A DNA stretch of 64,000 bases from Octopus vulgaris. Lineage: Eukaryota. The notes beneath the pieces are model-generated. The model was not told where the DNA came from. It did not search any database and saw nothing but the letters and a program-made list of their open reading frames with translations. The DNA lies in NCBI GenBank assembly GCA_951406725.2, contig OX597814.1, forward strand, positions 84,754,001-84,818,000. Direction: 5' to 3'. Every line of letters begins with the position of its first letter. The first letter of the stretch is position 1. The translations under genes and the position numbers were made by a program. Shown piece by piece: positions 37,421 to 64,000 of this stretch.

Positions 37421-39457
37421 AACTAACTGTTAAATGTTTTGTATAGAAATTATAGCACAAGTAAATCTGCTAATCCGGCCTGATACTTTACTAAATAGTA
37501 TAATATTATGATGCAAATTTGCACAAACTCCATCACCCTTGAAACAAATAGTGTTGCTACAGTTGTTATTATTGTTTAGTTACAACTGAGACACATCTCG
37601 CTATGCACTTCTAGGACTCTGTACAGCTTTGGTAAGTCCTCAATTTCATGTTGTGTATCTCTGCTAATGACACTAATATAGGTGAGTAGTCTTTGTCCTT
37701 GATTAGGATGCAGAAGTTTCTAAAATATAGCATCTGATGTGGCTCAGTGTTCCAGTAAGATAGCAGATGCTAGTAAAACATGCTCCACACTGAGAAACAT
37801 TAGTAGAGATGAGAGAAATATGTCTGTAAATCTCTTTAGTTTTGTACTATCATGAAATATTTTGAGCCCTTATGAGAAGCCTAGTGTACATACCATTTGC
37901 TTAATTTCAAGTCAAATTTCAATCCACATCAACTAGCTGAAATTCAAGATGAACACCATTGTATTGACTCCATGCATCTGGGTGAGATTACTAAAGTTCC
38001 AAGTACTGTTCCTTTACTTTGACAAACTAAATTGTAATCAAACTAATGTGGGAACCTTTATGTGGTCACTTTGAATAATGTAGGCCTGGGTTCTTTACAC
38101 TTTGGTAAAAAAACAAGATGATCATGGCTGTATTGCTGTATTGGCCAAACGTCTGCTCGAGCAGGGCTGACCTGGTGCTAAACAACAACATTAAATTGTA
38201 ATCAAGCTAATGGGACAACCTTTGTGTGGTCACGCAGTTTGTGTGATATAGCTGTAAAATCTCCCAGCTGTTTTTTAAGTATCTTTCTAGAAATGGATAC
38301 ATTAGATAATATTGTCCCTAGATACACCATGTTTCAAGAAAACAAGAGAATGGTCATGGCTGGACTGCTTTTGACCTTAAGTCTGCTTGATCAGGACTGA
38401 CCTGGGATTAAATAATAACAAGAATTAAATTGCATAATTGTTTCTAATTTAGGCAAAAGGCTGGTAATTTTGAATGGAAACATACAGTCATTACCATCAA
38501 CACTAGTACTTGACTAGTACTTTATTTTAATGACCCTGAAAAGATGAAAGGCAAAGTGGAATTTGAACTCAGAAAGTAAAACCAGAAGAAAGGCTGCTAA
38601 GCATTTTGTCCAGCATGCTAACAATTCTAATTGCTCAACACCTTCTAATTGAATCTAACATTGTTGGATGTTTTAAAATAACTATTAGACGTTTTATATA
38701 GAAATTATAACACTAGTGAGTCTGCCAATCTGGCCTGATGCTTTACTAAATAATATAATAATGATATTGGCTTCAAATTTTGATCCAAGGCCAATCATTT
38801 CAGCTGAGTGGGGTAAGTCAATTACATCGACCCCTTGCTCAACTGGTACATATTTTATTGACCCCAAAAGGATGAAAGGCAAATTTGACCTCGATAGAAT
38901 TTATACTCAGCATGTATGATTCAGGTGAAGTGTTGCTAAGCATTTAGCCTGGTGTGCTAACAATTCTACCAGCTTGCCACCTTTAGTATAATAATGATAT
39001 AATAATGGAAATTTGCACAAATTCCATCACTCTTGAGACAAATAGTGTTGCAGTTATTGTTATCATTGTTTAGGTTTGAGTGAACCTTAACTAATTGGAT
39101 CTCTGATGAAAAGCTGTCCAGTTATGACCAGCCCATTCTTTACAGTTATTTAGGACTAGATTATTTGGTGTGTGCTTCTTAGTTTGAGAGAATAGAGTTT
39201 GATTTCAAGGAAATTTGGCTACTGTTTCTTGCATGGCTCTCAACCGCATACAGCCTTTGTCATTGACATGAAAAAATTTAGAGAAGCATGTCTTGGTTCA
39301 ATCTGATCCCATTCACTGGAAAATATATCCAACACTTCATCCACGCCACCATCATACTTTTACAAACTAAAACAACTTCCTTTTCAACACAAATTAAACA
39401 ATATTAATAAAAGAGATCAATACAGTGAAGATAGAGTGTTAATTTTGGTATTATATT

Positions 39458-63601
<24,144 letters not shown>

Positions 63602-63803
63602 CTACAAAAGAAAAAATATTACTAAAAATATCCCTATAGGCACAGGCATGGCTGTGTGGTAAGAAGCTTGCTTCTCAACCACATGGCTCCAGGTTCAGTC
63701 CTACTATGTGGCACCTTGGGTAAGTGTCTTTTACTATAGCCTCAGGCTGGCCAAAGCCTTGTGAGTGGATTTGTTAGACAGAAACTGAAAGAAGCCTGTT
63801 GTG

Positions 63804-63853
<50 letters not shown>

Positions 63854-64000
63854 ATACAAAGGAAGAAAATGGAGAATGTATACACAGAATAATCAATATA
63901 TTTTATTATAATAGTTAATTCATGTTGCCTATGCATATTTTGGTTTATTACTTAAATCCATATTCATGCATTTAAACTGCATTATGAACTTGAAAAAGCA

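Overview
AT-rich, microsatellite-laden, TE-dense animal genomic DNA. The SINE/LINE repertoire resembles coleoid cephalopod (octopus-like) DNA; this is inference, no search was run. Two intron-rich genes can be assembled by hand from splice sites and phase continuity, arranged tail-to-tail. (1) A + strand gene with 7 exons between 740 and 24948 (~353 aa visible, 5' end upstream of the window, last exon unresolved) encodes an uncharacterised protein. (2) The 3' half of a - strand LRRC43-like gene has 8 exons from 63601 down to the stop at 39458 and apparently needs a GC-AG intron. Almost all ORF-track entries are microsatellite or SINE noise. The rest is transposon: two long RTE-clade LINEs, four R4/Dong-like fragments in microsatellites, Penelope remnants, Tc1/mariner and piggyBac-like MITEs, a Helitron carrying a LINE ORF1-like fragment, gypsy and hAT remnants, and three SINE-like families. 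The most notable unannotated signals are Penelope-type minimal hammerhead ribozyme motifs, including an inverted pair with a compensatory stem change, and several long fold-back elements in introns, one starting 4 nt past the putative GC donor. I see no convincing wholly new protein-coding system; there is no CRISPR array, rRNA or genuine tRNA.
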